A model generated the notes under the pieces. The model did not search any database. It worked only from the letters and a program-made list of their open reading frames with translations, and was not told where the DNA came from. Shown piece by piece: positions 1-9,517 of a stretch of 64,000 nt of DNA. The stretch comes from Frankiaceae bacterium. Lineage in GTDB: Bacteria > Actinomycetota > Actinomycetes > JAFAQI01. The stretch covers positions 9,233 through 73,232 of the forward strand of contig JAFAZI010000031.1 in the NCBI GenBank assembly GCA_019239875.1, in the 5' to 3' direction. Made by a program: the position numbers and the translations under genes. Within the stretch, counting starts at the first letter, position 1. The number at the start of each line of letters is the position of its first letter.

Positions 1-81
1 GCCGGTTCACTAGGTCCTTTCAGGTTCGCTCAGCATCACTCGATACGTTTGCGCGTCGTGACCCGCCGAGACGAGCCGACC

Positions 82-864
82 GTGCGAGCGCGAGTGATCG
101 GCGGCGTTGCCGCCAGCGCATTGCTGGCGGTTGCCGGGTGCAGCAACGGGTCGAGTTCCGCCGCCCCGCGCCCGAGCACGTCGTCGTCACCCAGTACGTC
201 GTCGGTGCCAAGCGTTACTTCGAGCCCTTCACCGTCGTCCTCGACTGGTTCGCCGTCACCGTCGTCCCCGCCCCCGGCCGCCGATCCGCAACTCGCGCAC
301 ATGTTGCTGACCCAGGCCGAGGTGACGTCCGCCAGCAAGCAGCAGGTGATCATCCATCTCTTCACGGGCGGGACGAGCGTGACGGACCAGCCGACGCTGG
401 ACGAGTGCGGGGCGACCTACCCGAGCGAGTCCAAGCGCGACGCTCGGATCCAGGTCGGCTACGTCACGGTCGACGCAACGGGACAACAGACGCAGTCGGC
501 AAGCAACGAGGTCGTGCGCTACGAGCTCGGCGGCACCGATCAGGCATACCGCGAGCTCGCCACGGCGATCCGGACCTGCCCGCCCCGAGTCCCGCTCGGC
601 AAGGGCACTGTCGTGTCACACCTTCGTGTCCTGCCCGTCGATCCGCAGCTCGTGACCCGGCAGCGCACCGTCGTCGCACAGATCACGTCCAAGGGGCAGC
701 CGATCTGGTTTGCCGCGACGTTCCTCTTTGACGGCGATCTGTTCGACGGCGTGTACACCTACGACGCCAGCAAGTCCGTGGCCATCCGCGTCGACCGTGC
801 GCTCGCGCGCACGGCGAACCAACGCCTCCGCGCCGCCCTCGCCTCGGAGGGCACTGCTACGTGA
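82..864 (+). CDS. Putative lipoprotein with Ser/Pro-rich linker and extracytoplasmic (PknH/sensor-like) domain
   Basis: Lipobox LAVAG-C after a hydrophobic stretch, S/P-rich linker, two Cys (ECG, TCP). ORF is open from 49; GTG at 82 chosen as start. Confidence 0.6.
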   Translation: MRARVIGGVAASALLAVAGCSNGSSSAAPRPSTSSSPSTSSVPSVTSSPSPSSSTGSPSPSSPPPAADPQLAHMLLTQAEVTSASKQQVIIHLFTGGTSVTDQPTLDECGATYPSESKRDARIQVGYVTVDATGQQTQSASNEVVRYELGGTDQAYRELATAIRTCPPRVPLGKGTVVSHLRVLPVDPQLVTRQRTVVAQITSKGQPIWFAATFLFDGDLFDGVYTYDASKSVAIRVDRALARTANQRLRAALASEGTAT

Positions 865-1252
865 CGGTCTGCGCGGCGTAATAGCGGTTGCCGTCGAGGT
901 CGCGGAACAGGAACGACCGGTAGTGCGGCGACGTGACGATCTCGCTACAGGTGACGCCGTGGCTCAGCAGGTCGGCACGGATCTCATCGGCGTCGCGATC
1001 CACGACCAGGTTGATCGTCGTGCTCTCGGCGCCGGGAGGTGCCGGTTCGAGGGCCGCTTCGATGGGTTCGAGGACGACGAGGGCGCCGGCGATCTGGTAG
1101 GTCGCGAAGCGATGCCCATCGGTGCCCGTGAAGATCGGCTCGAGGCCGAGCACGTCGCCGTACCAGGCGATGGCGGCGTCGAGGTCCGCCGCGTACAACG
1201 TCGTGGCGGCGACGCTGACCGTGCCGAGCGGACCAGGTAGTGCGCTTGCCAC
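857..1252 (-). CDS. VOC/glyoxalase family protein
   Basis: DLDAAIAWYGDVLGL and FRDLDGN motifs; TATGGT 6 nt before the GTG start. Confidence 0.85.
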   Translation of the reverse strand: MASALPGPLGTVSVAATTLYAADLDAAIAWYGDVLGLEPIFTGTDGHRFATYQIAGALVVLEPIEAALEPAPPGAESTTINLVVDRDADEIRADLLSHGVTCSEIVTSPHYRSFLFRDLDGNRYYAAQTVT

Positions 1253-1354
1253 CCCGTGACCATAGCGCCCGCCACCCGCAGACCTGTCAGCGTTTGCGGT
1301 CGCTATGGCGACCTCTGGTGCTGACAGGTCGAGCTGGTTGCTGACGCTCGTCGC

Positions 1355-1918
1355 CTACCGGGCGGGACGGGTGGTGACCGAACGGCGCGGCGCGGTCTTG
1401 TGCGACGCAGGCGCGGCGGGGACGGTGCTCGCGGGAACGAAATATCCACTGACGACTGCGCTGCCGTTATCCGTGACGGTAGCCAGCGTCAGGCCCTGAC
1501 CACCCCTGACGACCAGGCCAGATGGGAACGACTGCGTGGACGACTGATCCGTGGGTGAGACCGCAGCCGTGAGGAATTGGGCGCAGTCGCCCGAGTAAAG
1601 GTCGAGCTCGCCGGGGCTCGTCGCGGGATGGTTGAAGAACGTCACAGCGGTGATGACCAGTGCCTTGCCAGCCGGCGGCATATAAGAAGGCGTGCAGCTG
1701 CCGCCGCCGTAGAGAAAGACGTTGAACAGGTTGGTGGGGACGGCAGGGACCGCGAGGAGCTGACCGGAGTTGGTCACCTTCGCCAGGTTCGTGCCGCCGC
1801 CGCCCTGAATTGCCACAACGGTCGCTGTCGCGGCATACGCCGTACCACTCAGCGCCACCACGAGGGCGCCAATGCCGATGATCACACCTGCCGACGGACG
1901 CCTGAACGATGTGCGCAT
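1355..1918 (-). CDS. Secreted hypothetical protein
   Basis: Signal peptide MRTSFRRPSAGVIIGIGALVVALSGTAYA-A, beta-rich body, basic tail. Confidence 0.65.
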   Translation of the reverse strand: MRTSFRRPSAGVIIGIGALVVALSGTAYAATATVVAIQGGGGTNLAKVTNSGQLLAVPAVPTNLFNVFLYGGGSCTPSYMPPAGKALVITAVTFFNHPATSPGELDLYSGDCAQFLTAAVSPTDQSSTQSFPSGLVVRGGQGLTLATVTDNGSAVVSGYFVPASTVPAAPASHKTAPRRSVTTRPAR

Positions 1919-1990
1919 GATTTCCCCCGATGTCATGACTGACGAGTGTTGCGATCTCCGGCATGCTAACCCGTCGCGCCGCTTCCCCCG

Positions 1991-2902
1991 TCAGCCCGTG
2001 AGCAGGTCCGGGCGCAGCGCCTCGACCATGCGACGGAAGCCGTCCTTCCAGTGCACGGTCGAGTGGCCGACCAGCTCGTGCATCTTGTCGAGATTCAGCT
2101 CGACACTCTGCAGGGAGTTCTCGGACACGACCAGGTTCGCTGGGAGGCCGGTCAGCTCGGAGAGGTACGCGGTCCACTCCTCGACGCTGACCTTCTCGTC
2201 ACCGCCCCAGTTCACGATGGTGGCGGGGACACTCGCGATCTCGATGAGGCGCGGGATAGTCGCCACGATGTCGTCCGTGTGCAACGGCTGGAAGACGCTT
2301 GGCGCATCCGCGTGGATGGCGATGTCCTGGCCGGCTTCCATCATCGCGAGATGGATGAAGGGCCAGCCGCCGCCGTCGCCGTAGGGGACGTTGAGGCGGG
2401 CGATCGTGGTCGGCAGGTCGTAGCGGCGAGCCGCGTACCGGACCGCCGACTCCGCTGCGATCTTCGAGATCGAGTACGTCGGGAGGAAGTACGCGCGATG
2501 GTTGTCGCCGAGCGGCGAGTCCTCGTGAAACTCGGTGTGGCCGTCGGGCTGGTAGACCGCCGTCGTGGAGCAGTGGAAGAACGCCTTCGCCTGGTGGTAG
2601 CGCTCCATCAGCGTGAGCACTCCGCCGACGTTGCCGTCGAGGTCGACGCCCCACTTCTGGCTCTTCACGACGGCGAAGTGCAGGACGTAGTCGACCGACT
2701 GCGGCAGGTCGCTGACGTCGGCGTTGACAAGGTCAGCACGGACCGTCGTGATGCCGTGGGACTCGAAGAGTTCCCGCGCGGCGGCGTCGCGCCACCGCGC
2801 CGCGCCGTACACCGTGTTCTCCTTCGCCAGCGAGATCGCGACCGGCTTGGCGACCTCGCTGGTGATCCCCGTCACGAGGACGGTGGCACCGGAGACGCTC
2901 AC
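1991..2902 (-). CDS. NAD-dependent epimerase/dehydratase (extended SDR)
   Basis: VLVTGITS glycine loop, CSTTAVY, YxxxK (YSISK), ARLNVPYG; overlaps upstream stop. Confidence 0.85.
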   Translation of the reverse strand: MSVSGATVLVTGITSEVAKPVAISLAKENTVYGAARWRDAAARELFESHGITTVRADLVNADVSDLPQSVDYVLHFAVVKSQKWGVDLDGNVGGVLTLMERYHQAKAFFHCSTTAVYQPDGHTEFHEDSPLGDNHRAYFLPTYSISKIAAESAVRYAARRYDLPTTIARLNVPYGDGGGWPFIHLAMMEAGQDIAIHADAPSVFQPLHTDDIVATIPRLIEIASVPATIVNWGGDEKVSVEEWTAYLSELTGLPANLVVSENSLQSVELNLDKMHELVGHSTVHWKDGFRRMVEALRPDLLTG

Positions 2903-4005
2903 GGCCCGACCGAACCGAGATCGGTGAACCCGCTCGGCGTGTGCTTGCCGATCGTGCCGTGCTCGAACAGGCCCCAGCCGACGTCGTCACCGATCTGAGC
3001 CCGGCCGACGTGGTCGATGACACCCCACGGTGACCTGGCGTCGACGGCAGGATCGGTGAAGTCATAGGTCGCGCCCTCGACCCAGTCCCGGCCTCGCCAC
3101 TGGCCGTGGGTCCAGTCCGGGTCCCCGCCGTACCCGCATCCCACGTGCAGCGGTACGGCGAGTAGCGCGTCGACCTCCATCACGAGCGGCCGGCCATCCG
3201 GCTCGGTCAGCTCGACCCGGGCGTGCTCGGGGATCCGGGTGCCGGAGCGGTAGGTGATCGTCACGCGCGGCCACCCGAGTTGCTCGGTCCGGCCATCGGG
3301 CAGGATGCGCACGGCGTCGTTCAAGGTTCGATGCCCGTTGCCGTCCTCCTGGACGATGATCATGATCGAGTAGTCATCGAAGCGGACCGGGATGTAGAGC
3401 CAGTAGAAGCCGAAGTCATCGGCGTTGTCGGCCGGGCGGCCCGCCGGCTCGGCGTCGCCGACCGGGCGGATCCCCCACGACCGGTCGCGAGAGCCCACCC
3501 AGACCGCCGGGTCGACCGTGATGGTCTCGCCGTCCATCCGGATCTCGCCCTCCCACGAGCCGAGCTGGGCGAACCGCGATGCCTCCACGATCGGGCGAAT
3601 GCCCTGGCGCAGGATGTGGTGCTCCTCGTCGACGGTCGGAAACGAGCCCCGCCACGTCAGGTCGAAGCCCAGCCCGTGGTCGTCGCCGTCGCAGACGAGC
3701 CGGATCTCGTGCAAGGGCTCGACGACCTCGACGCGATACGGGCCGACCGTGACGTTGAGCCGCTCGTCGTCGAGTGCGTCGGAGCACCGGATCACGCGCT
3801 GGGTGGTGCCGCGCCGCACGACGGCGTAGGCGTCCTTGACCCCGAGCTGCGGATAGATGCCGGCACCTGTGATCAGGAAGATGTCACCCGTGCGGTCGTG
3901 GGCGTTGAAGTAGCAGCGGTCGTAGAAGTTGCGGTCGCTGGTGCCGACGTACCTCATCGACAGCGGGGTCTGGTGGACCGGGTATTCGTCCATGGGGACA
4001 GGCAT
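2899..4005 (-). CDS. Conserved actinobacterial beta-rich protein (Rv3169-like)
   Basis: DEYPVHQTP, NFYDRCYFNAHD, GSRDRSWGIRPVG motifs; follows an Rv3168-like gene; ATG at 4005. Confidence 0.75.
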   Translation of the reverse strand: MPVPMDEYPVHQTPLSMRYVGTSDRNFYDRCYFNAHDRTGDIFLITGAGIYPQLGVKDAYAVVRRGTTQRVIRCSDALDDERLNVTVGPYRVEVVEPLHEIRLVCDGDDHGLGFDLTWRGSFPTVDEEHHILRQGIRPIVEASRFAQLGSWEGEIRMDGETITVDPAVWVGSRDRSWGIRPVGDAEPAGRPADNADDFGFYWLYIPVRFDDYSIMIIVQEDGNGHRTLNDAVRILPDGRTEQLGWPRVTITYRSGTRIPEHARVELTEPDGRPLVMEVDALLAVPLHVGCGYGGDPDWTHGQWRGRDWVEGATYDFTDPAVDARSPWGVIDHVGRAQIGDDVGWGLFEHGTIGKHTPSGFTDLGSVGP

Positions 4006-4019
4006 TGGCGGGCCTCTTC

Positions 4020-5138
4020 TTAGATACCGGCGAACTCGGGAAGCAGCGACTCGAGATGCATGCTGTTGCGGATCAGCTCCTCGGGCGCGGCCGGCATCTC
4101 GATCTCGCCGAAATGCGCCTGGCGGGTGCCCGTGCGGAGGAACACGATGCCCCACTGAATGGCGGAGTAGACCATGAACCAGTGGAGGTCCCGCGGGGTG
4201 TGGCCGGAGATCTTCTCGTAGTGCCCGGCGACGTCGGTGGGCGTCATGAAGTGCGTCATGCCGGGCAGCTCGAAGAAGCCCGCCAAGGTTTGGAAGACGT
4301 GGTGGGCGTAGATGATCCAGGCGATGTCGAGCTCGGCCGGGCCGAGGCCGGCCATCTCCCAGTCGAGCAGCGCGACCGGGGCGAAGTCGTCGTACAGCAC
4401 ATTGCCGATCCTCGAGTCGCCCCATGACAGGACGGGCTTGCTCTCCTGGGCAGGCCAGTTCGCCTCGAGCCACGCGAAGCCGCGTTCGACGAGCGGAGAG
4501 AAGGCGCCGTCGGCCTTAACCATCTCGTACCAGGCTGCGGTGTTCGCGACGTGCCGCCGCAGGTGGGTGTCGCCTGGTGCGCTGCGCTCGAGGAAGTGGA
4601 ACCGCTCGGTGGGGTTGTCGATCGCGTGCAGCGCCGCGACCGCCTCGACGGTCGAGTCCTGCAGCTTGCGCTGCTGATCGTCGGGTGCGTCGAAGAGCCA
4701 GTTGTCGCCGAAGGTGTAGGGCATCACGTCGGGTGGGACGACGCCGTCGACTCGGCTCATCACGAAGAACGGTGCGCCCATCGGGTCCCGCGAGGTCTCG
4801 CACCACCACGTCTTCGGGACCGGCGCGTCCGTGATCTCGCCGACGCTGCGGATCACGTCGAACTGGCCTTGCATGTCATAGGTCGGGAAGACCGGTACGT
4901 CGTGCTCGTCCGGGGCGACCCGTGCCACCATCCGCTCGTCGTGCGGGCCGTCATCGCCGGACCAGGTGGCGCGGAACAACATGGTGTCGCTGGACATGCC
5001 GTTGGCCTCGGTGCCAGCAAGGTCGGAGACCGACGGCTCGGCATCGGGGCCAAGAGTCTTCGCGAGCCATTGCTCGAGGCGCTGGCGGGTCTCGTCCGGG
5101 TCGCGACTGCTGCGCTGCATCCGCATCGGCTCTGTCAT
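4020..5138 (-). CDS. APH-family phosphotransferase (Rv3168-like)
   Basis: GAPFFVMSRVDG, WGDSRIGN (Brenner-like), LLDWEMA. Confidence 0.88.
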   Translation of the reverse strand: MTEPMRMQRSSRDPDETRQRLEQWLAKTLGPDAEPSVSDLAGTEANGMSSDTMLFRATWSGDDGPHDERMVARVAPDEHDVPVFPTYDMQGQFDVIRSVGEITDAPVPKTWWCETSRDPMGAPFFVMSRVDGVVPPDVMPYTFGDNWLFDAPDDQQRKLQDSTVEAVAALHAIDNPTERFHFLERSAPGDTHLRRHVANTAAWYEMVKADGAFSPLVERGFAWLEANWPAQESKPVLSWGDSRIGNVLYDDFAPVALLDWEMAGLGPAELDIAWIIYAHHVFQTLAGFFELPGMTHFMTPTDVAGHYEKISGHTPRDLHWFMVYSAIQWGIVFLRTGTRQAHFGEIEMPAAPEELIRNSMHLESLLPEFAGI

Positions 5139-5755
5139 GACGGGCCTACCTTGCTCTCGTCGAGCGTCGTCGTGATCACCTTCGCGACCGCGTGCGCAAA
5201 CGCCTCGGCTCCCTCGGCGCCTTCGTTCAGGGCGCGCGTGAACAGCGCGCCGAGCATGACGTCGAAGAGCTGGTCGGCGTCGACCACCGGATCGCGCCCG
5301 GTCTTGGCGATGTAGTCACGGAACGACGCGCGCATCGGCGTGACGCTTCGCTCCATGCCGCGCTGCCACATCGCGTGGTCGTTCTGGTATTCGACGAGCA
5401 GGCCGGGAATCGCCGCTCGAATCGCCGGGTCAGAGAGGTACTCGAGAATCTGCAGGCAGTACGGCTTGAGGTCGGTGATGACGTCTCCGGTGATCGCTTC
5501 GGGCGCCAACAACCCGCTCGGGAAGACGGCCTCCTCGATCAGCTCCGCCTTGCTCGACCAGCGGCGGTAGACGCTCGGTGCGCTGACTCCCGCCCGGCGC
5601 GCGATCGCCTGGATGGTGGTGGCCTGGTAGCCGTCCTCGACCAGGAGCTCGAGTGTCGCCTTCGCAATCGCGGTGTCGACCCGTGGGTCGCGCGGGCGTC
5701 CGACGCGGGCGGGCTCGTCCGGGGAGATGTCGTCGGTCCGGACCGCCTCGGGCAT
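5135..5755 (-). CDS. TetR/AcrR family regulator (Rv3167c-like)
   Basis: GRPRDP...TTIQAIARRAGVSAPSVYRRW helix-turn-helix. Confidence 0.92.
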   Translation of the reverse strand: MPEAVRTDDISPDEPARVGRPRDPRVDTAIAKATLELLVEDGYQATTIQAIARRAGVSAPSVYRRWSSKAELIEEAVFPSGLLAPEAITGDVITDLKPYCLQILEYLSDPAIRAAIPGLLVEYQNDHAMWQRGMERSVTPMRASFRDYIAKTGRDPVVDADQLFDVMLGALFTRALNEGAEGAEAFAHAVAKVITTTLDESKVGPS

Positions 5756-5802
5756 GGGCTGACCCTAAAACGTTTCGTGATGTAACGCAACGGAGTGTTT
5801 TT
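5756..5802 (-). promoter_or_regulatory. Leaderless promoter (-10 TAGGGT) and candidate TetR operator
   Basis: TAGGGT at 5767-5762, 6 nt before ATG; AT-rich tract with palindrome AAACGTTT and imperfect inverted repeat AACGC..GTGTT. Confidence 0.5.
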
Positions 5803-5804
5803 GC

Positions 5805-6344
5805 TCAGAACAGGGCTGGCTGCCCTTCGAACGCCGCGCCCTCGATGTGCAGCATCCGGATCTTGGTGTGCACGCCGCCGGGCGCCGAGAATCCGACCAG
5901 CTTGCCGCCCGCACCCAGCACCCGATGGCACGGAACGATGATCGGCACCGGGTTGCGGCCGAGTGCCTGCCCGACCTCGCGGGCGGCGTGCGGCTGGCCG
6001 AGCTGCCTGGCGATCTCGCCGTACGTCGTCGTCTCACCCGGTCCGACGGTGCGGGTGATCTCCCACACCTGTCGAGAAAAATCCGAGGCCTCACCGAAGT
6101 CGATCGCCACATCGCGCAGGTCATCAGCCGACTCGCCTGCCAGAAGGCGCACCATGCGGTCGATGGCTTGTTGGATCGGTGATGGCGGCGGCAGCGGCTC
6201 GCCGTCGCCATGTCGCTTGCGAAGCTCGCCGGCGATGCCCAGCTCCGAGTGCGAGGGCAACATCACCGAGCGAATCCCGTCGTCGCCCCACGCGACGCCG
6301 CACTCGCCGATCGCTGTGTGGAATCCCGTCATGCCCAACGTCAT
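5805..6344 (-). CDS. ogt: Methylated-DNA-protein-cysteine S-methyltransferase
   Basis: GETTTYGEIA, NPVPIIVPCHRV active site; TACGGT-N6-ATG fixes the start at 6344. Confidence 0.92.
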   Translation of the reverse strand: MTLGMTGFHTAIGECGVAWGDDGIRSVMLPSHSELGIAGELRKRHGDGEPLPPPSPIQQAIDRMVRLLAGESADDLRDVAIDFGEASDFSRQVWEITRTVGPGETTTYGEIARQLGQPHAAREVGQALGRNPVPIIVPCHRVLGAGGKLVGFSAPGGVHTKIRMLHIEGAAFEGQPALF

Positions 6345-6443
6345 GGCGTCACCGTAGTGAGCGGCACTGACATCTTCGGGTGACTCGCGCACTGGCAGAA
6401 ATGAGGGATGGCGCTCGGGCCCGATCCGGTCCACGATGAGCCG

Positions 6444-6896
6444 ATGGAGCAGCGCATCGACATCGTCACGCTGGGTGTCCACGACGTGAAGGCGGCGCGT
6501 GAGTTCTACGTCGAAGGACTCGGGTGGGAGATCGCGCTCGAAGTTCCCGGTGACATCGTCTTCGTCCAGGTGAACCACGGACTGCTGCTCGCGTTCTTCG
6601 GGGCCGAGGATCTGGCCGCCGACGTGTCCGCGGGACAGCGAAGCGATCCGGCCGCCCATCCGCCGCCGATGAGCCTTGCGCAGGTCGTCACCGACGAGGA
6701 CGAGGTCGTGGCGGTCTGCGAGCGGGCCCGTGCCGCCGGCGCCACGATCCTCAAGGAGCCGCAGGCCGCGGACTTCGGCGGCTTCCACTGCTACTTCGCC
6801 GACCCGTCCGGCTTCCACTGGGAGGTCTCGACCAATCCCGGCTGGCAGGTCGACGAGCATGGCCGCGTGACGATCGGCACGGTCGACACCGCCTGA
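6444..6896 (+). CDS. VOC family protein
   Basis: VTLGVHDVKAAREFYVEGLGW, YFADPSGFHWEV; CACGAT-N6-ATG. Confidence 0.9.
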   Translation: MEQRIDIVTLGVHDVKAAREFYVEGLGWEIALEVPGDIVFVQVNHGLLLAFFGAEDLAADVSAGQRSDPAAHPPPMSLAQVVTDEDEVVAVCERARAAGATILKEPQAADFGGFHCYFADPSGFHWEVSTNPGWQVDEHGRVTIGTVDTA

Positions 6897-6949
6897 GAGC
6901 TGTCCGAAGCAGGCGTGGCTATGACCCCGCCACCGCCGGACAACACTCG

Positions 6950-8203
6950 TCAGCCGGTGGGCAGGGAGCGGAGCCGCGATTCGAGGAAGTCGCGCTCGAC
7001 GGCGTTGTCGGTGAGCGCGATCGCGTCGAGGTACGCCGCCCTGGCATCGTCGGCTCGCCCGACGCGGCGCAGGAAATCCGCCCGCGCCGCCGGCAGGTAG
7101 CGGTATCCGGCGAGCTCCGGCTCAGCTGCCAGCGCGTCGACGGCGGCAAGCCCAGCCGCCGGACCACGCGCCATCCCGACCGCGACCGCGCGGTTGAGAG
7201 CGACCACCGGCGACGGCCACACGGCACAGAGCTGGTCGTAGAGCTCGACCACCTCCTCCCAGTCGGTGTCCGCCCACGTCGGCGCCGCGGCATGGACGGC
7301 GGCGATCGCCGCCTGTAAGGCGTACCGCCCGGGTGGGCGGTGGTCGGACGCTTCGCGCACCAGCAGCAAACCCTCGCGGATCTCGCTCTGGTTCCACTGC
7401 GACCGGTCCTGTTCCTCCAGCAGGAGCAGCCGCCCGGTGCGGTCGACCCGAGTGTTCCGCCGAGCATCGGTCAGCAGGATCAGCGCGAGCAGGCCGGCGA
7501 CGTCCGGATGGCTCGGCAACAATGCCCGCAGCATTCGCGCGAGCTCCAGTGCCCGCTCGACGAGGTCACGGCGGACGAGGTCTGCGCCCACTGGCGCCGT
7601 GTGTCCGGTCGTGAAGACCAGGTGGACGACGCCGAGGACGGCGGCAAGCCGCTCGGGCAGCTCGTCGGCCGGCGGCACGCGGTACGGGATCTTGGCCGCG
7701 GCGATCTTCTGCTTCGCCCGGGTCAACCGCGCTGCCATCGTCGGCTCGGAGACGAGGAAGGCACGGGCTACCTCCGCCGTGCTCAACCCGCAGAGCAGGC
7801 GCAGCGTCAACGCCAGCTGGGCTTCGACGGCCAACGCCGGATGACAGCACGTGCAGATCAGTCGGAGCCGCTCGTCGGGGATCTCGTCGCCACCGACGGC
7901 CTCGGCAACGTCCGCGACAAGCTCGTCGGGCACGAGCTTGGGCAGCGCGCGTTGCGCGGTGGCATCTCGGCGATGCAGGTCGAGGGCACGGCGCCGAGCG
8001 ACGGTGGTCAGCCACGCGCCCGGCTTGGCAGGGATGCCGCGGGCCTCCCACTGCTGCAGGGCCTGGGCGTACGCGTCTTGCACGCACTCCTCGGCGCGGT
8101 CGATGTTGCCGGCGACGCGCACCGTCGCGGCGAGGACGAATCCCCACTCGCGACGGTGAGCCTCGGCGACAGCGGCCGCGACCTCGGTCTGGGTGCGTGG
8201 CAC
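6950..8203 (-). CDS. ECF sigma factor with C-terminal TPR extension (ECF42-like)
   Basis: AEECVQDA, WLTTVARRRALD, LICTCCHPAL, EEQDRSQW, YALQAAIAAVH, PSPVVALNRAVAV; paired with a DGPF protein. Confidence 0.92.
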   Translation of the reverse strand: MPRTQTEVAAAVAEAHRREWGFVLAATVRVAGNIDRAEECVQDAYAQALQQWEARGIPAKPGAWLTTVARRRALDLHRRDATAQRALPKLVPDELVADVAEAVGGDEIPDERLRLICTCCHPALAVEAQLALTLRLLCGLSTAEVARAFLVSEPTMAARLTRAKQKIAAAKIPYRVPPADELPERLAAVLGVVHLVFTTGHTAPVGADLVRRDLVERALELARMLRALLPSHPDVAGLLALILLTDARRNTRVDRTGRLLLLEEQDRSQWNQSEIREGLLLVREASDHRPPGRYALQAAIAAVHAAAPTWADTDWEEVVELYDQLCAVWPSPVVALNRAVAVGMARGPAAGLAAVDALAAEPELAGYRYLPAARADFLRRVGRADDARAAYLDAIALTDNAVERDFLESRLRSLPTG

Positions 8204-8210
8204 GTTTGGC

Positions 8211-8549
8211 TCAGGAGTCGAAGACCATGATCGGGCGGAGCTCGACGGCGCCGTACTTCGCGGGGACCTGCTTCGCGATCGAGATCGCCTCGTCGAGATC
8301 CGCGGCCTCGATGAGGTAGTAGCCACCGAGGGCTTCCTTGGTCTCCCCGAACGGTCCGTCCGTCACGACACCGTCGCGGATCGTGGTCGCCGTCGCCGTC
8401 GGCTGCAGGGCGTTGCCCCCCACCAGCTTCGGCCCGTTGTTCTCGCCGAACTTCATGTGTGCGGCATAGACCTCGGCGTGCACCTCGGCGGCGCCCGGAC
8501 CTTCGAACGGCGCCTCGTCCTCGTAGATCAGGATCAGGTACTGCGACAT
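8211..8549 (-). CDS. YciI/DGPF family protein
   Basis: VTDGPFGETKEALGGYYLI. Confidence 0.92.
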   Translation of the reverse strand: MSQYLILIYEDEAPFEGPGAAEVHAEVYAAHMKFGENNGPKLVGGNALQPTATATTIRDGVVTDGPFGETKEALGGYYLIEAADLDEAISIAKQVPAKYGAVELRPIMVFDS

Positions 8550-8598
8550 CTGCTTTCCTCTCGATCGGGGCCCGTAGGTCGAGCCTCTCAATCATTCC

Positions 8599-8625
8599 GA
8601 CGTGCTGGTCGGACCCAGATCGACA
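8599..8625 (-). promoter_or_regulatory. ECF42-type autoregulatory promoter
   Basis: Minus strand reads TGTCGA-N17-CGTC upstream of the DGPF-sigma operon, matching the TGTCGA -35 described for ECF42. Confidence 0.65.
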
Positions 8626-8645
8626 GCGACTGTCGAGAAAGCTTG

Positions 8646-9401
8646 TTACGACGGCACGAAACGGCTGAGCAGTCGCTGCAGGACCGGGTCCTCGGCCGGG
8701 ATCCGGCCGTAGAAGGTCAGGACCATCTCGAGCGTCGGCATCGCCACGACACCGACGTCCCCCGCGACGAGTGCTGCTGCATCGCCGACCACAAGCGTGC
8801 CGTCGTGGATCGCGAACCCGATCGGTTCGTGCTCACCGAGGCGCAGTTCGTACCGCTCGTCGGGGGCGTCGGCGCGCAACCACGCCCCCATCAGCTCACC
8901 TGGCACCATCAGGTGGGCGTCGGCCTCGCTGATCTCCCAGGGTTGGTCGAGGGCGCGCGCCACGTCGTACCCGTGGATCAGGAACTCCCCGAGGACGACG
9001 TGCAGGGCCGGCGTCATCGTCGTCTCGACACCGCCGTGGAAGGGGAACACTCGGTCGTCGGCGATCTTCGGGTAGACGAGATCGAGCGCCGTGTGGACAT
9101 CGGCGCGCAGCAGCTCGGCGAGGGCCGCGGGGTCGCGCTCCTCGAGCTCGTCGAGACAGATCTGGTTGAGGCCGGCGGTCTCCTCCGGGGTCGCGCTGCG
9201 GCGCGGATCGCGATATCCCCGCCGAATCACCGTCAGCACGTGGCCGATCGTCTCGCCGACGGTCCATTCGAGCGGTGGAACGGGGCGTGCCGCGTCAGAC
9301 GGGGTCACGGCCGCCGCCAGCTCGATGAATCGAGCCGACGCGTCGTGCAGTGCGGCCATCACTTCTGCGCGCGTCCCCACGCCGCTGACCGTACTGCCCA
9401 C
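8646..9401 (-). CDS. Maleylpyruvate isomerase N-terminal (MDMPI/DinB-fold) domain protein
   Basis: WTVGETIGHV and EFLIHGYDVARAL metal-binding motifs. Confidence 0.82.
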   Translation of the reverse strand: MGSTVSGVGTRAEVMAALHDASARFIELAAAVTPSDAARPVPPLEWTVGETIGHVLTVIRRGYRDPRRSATPEETAGLNQICLDELEERDPAALAELLRADVHTALDLVYPKIADDRVFPFHGGVETTMTPALHVVLGEFLIHGYDVARALDQPWEISEADAHLMVPGELMGAWLRADAPDERYELRLGEHEPIGFAIHDGTLVVGDAAALVAGDVGVVAMPTLEMVLTFYGRIPAEDPVLQRLLSRFVPS

Positions 9402-9517
9402 GATTCGTTTCCTCGCAGCGCACGTTGCCGCAAGAAACTCCGATGCACCTACAGACGAATCGGCTCGAGGCGGGCTAGCGTGCCGCCACGGTCAGAACAC
9501 GAAATCAGAGGTACGAC

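Noticed and set aside
160-285. Low-complexity TCG/CCG-rich tract
   Set aside because: It encodes the Ser/Pro linker of the lipoprotein and is not an independent DNA repeat
4006-4473. Long N-terminal extensions in the ORF track (also 6345-6860, 19775-20311, 24761-25027, 44162-44713, 58608-58847, 59045-59638, 62179-62598)
   Set aside because: They overlap real neighbouring genes and are stop-poor artefacts of high GC; starts were reassigned
4020-5138. Aminoglycoside resistance gene
   Set aside because: It belongs to the broad APH/ACAD10-like kinase group and sits in a metabolic-looking operon with no mobility signals
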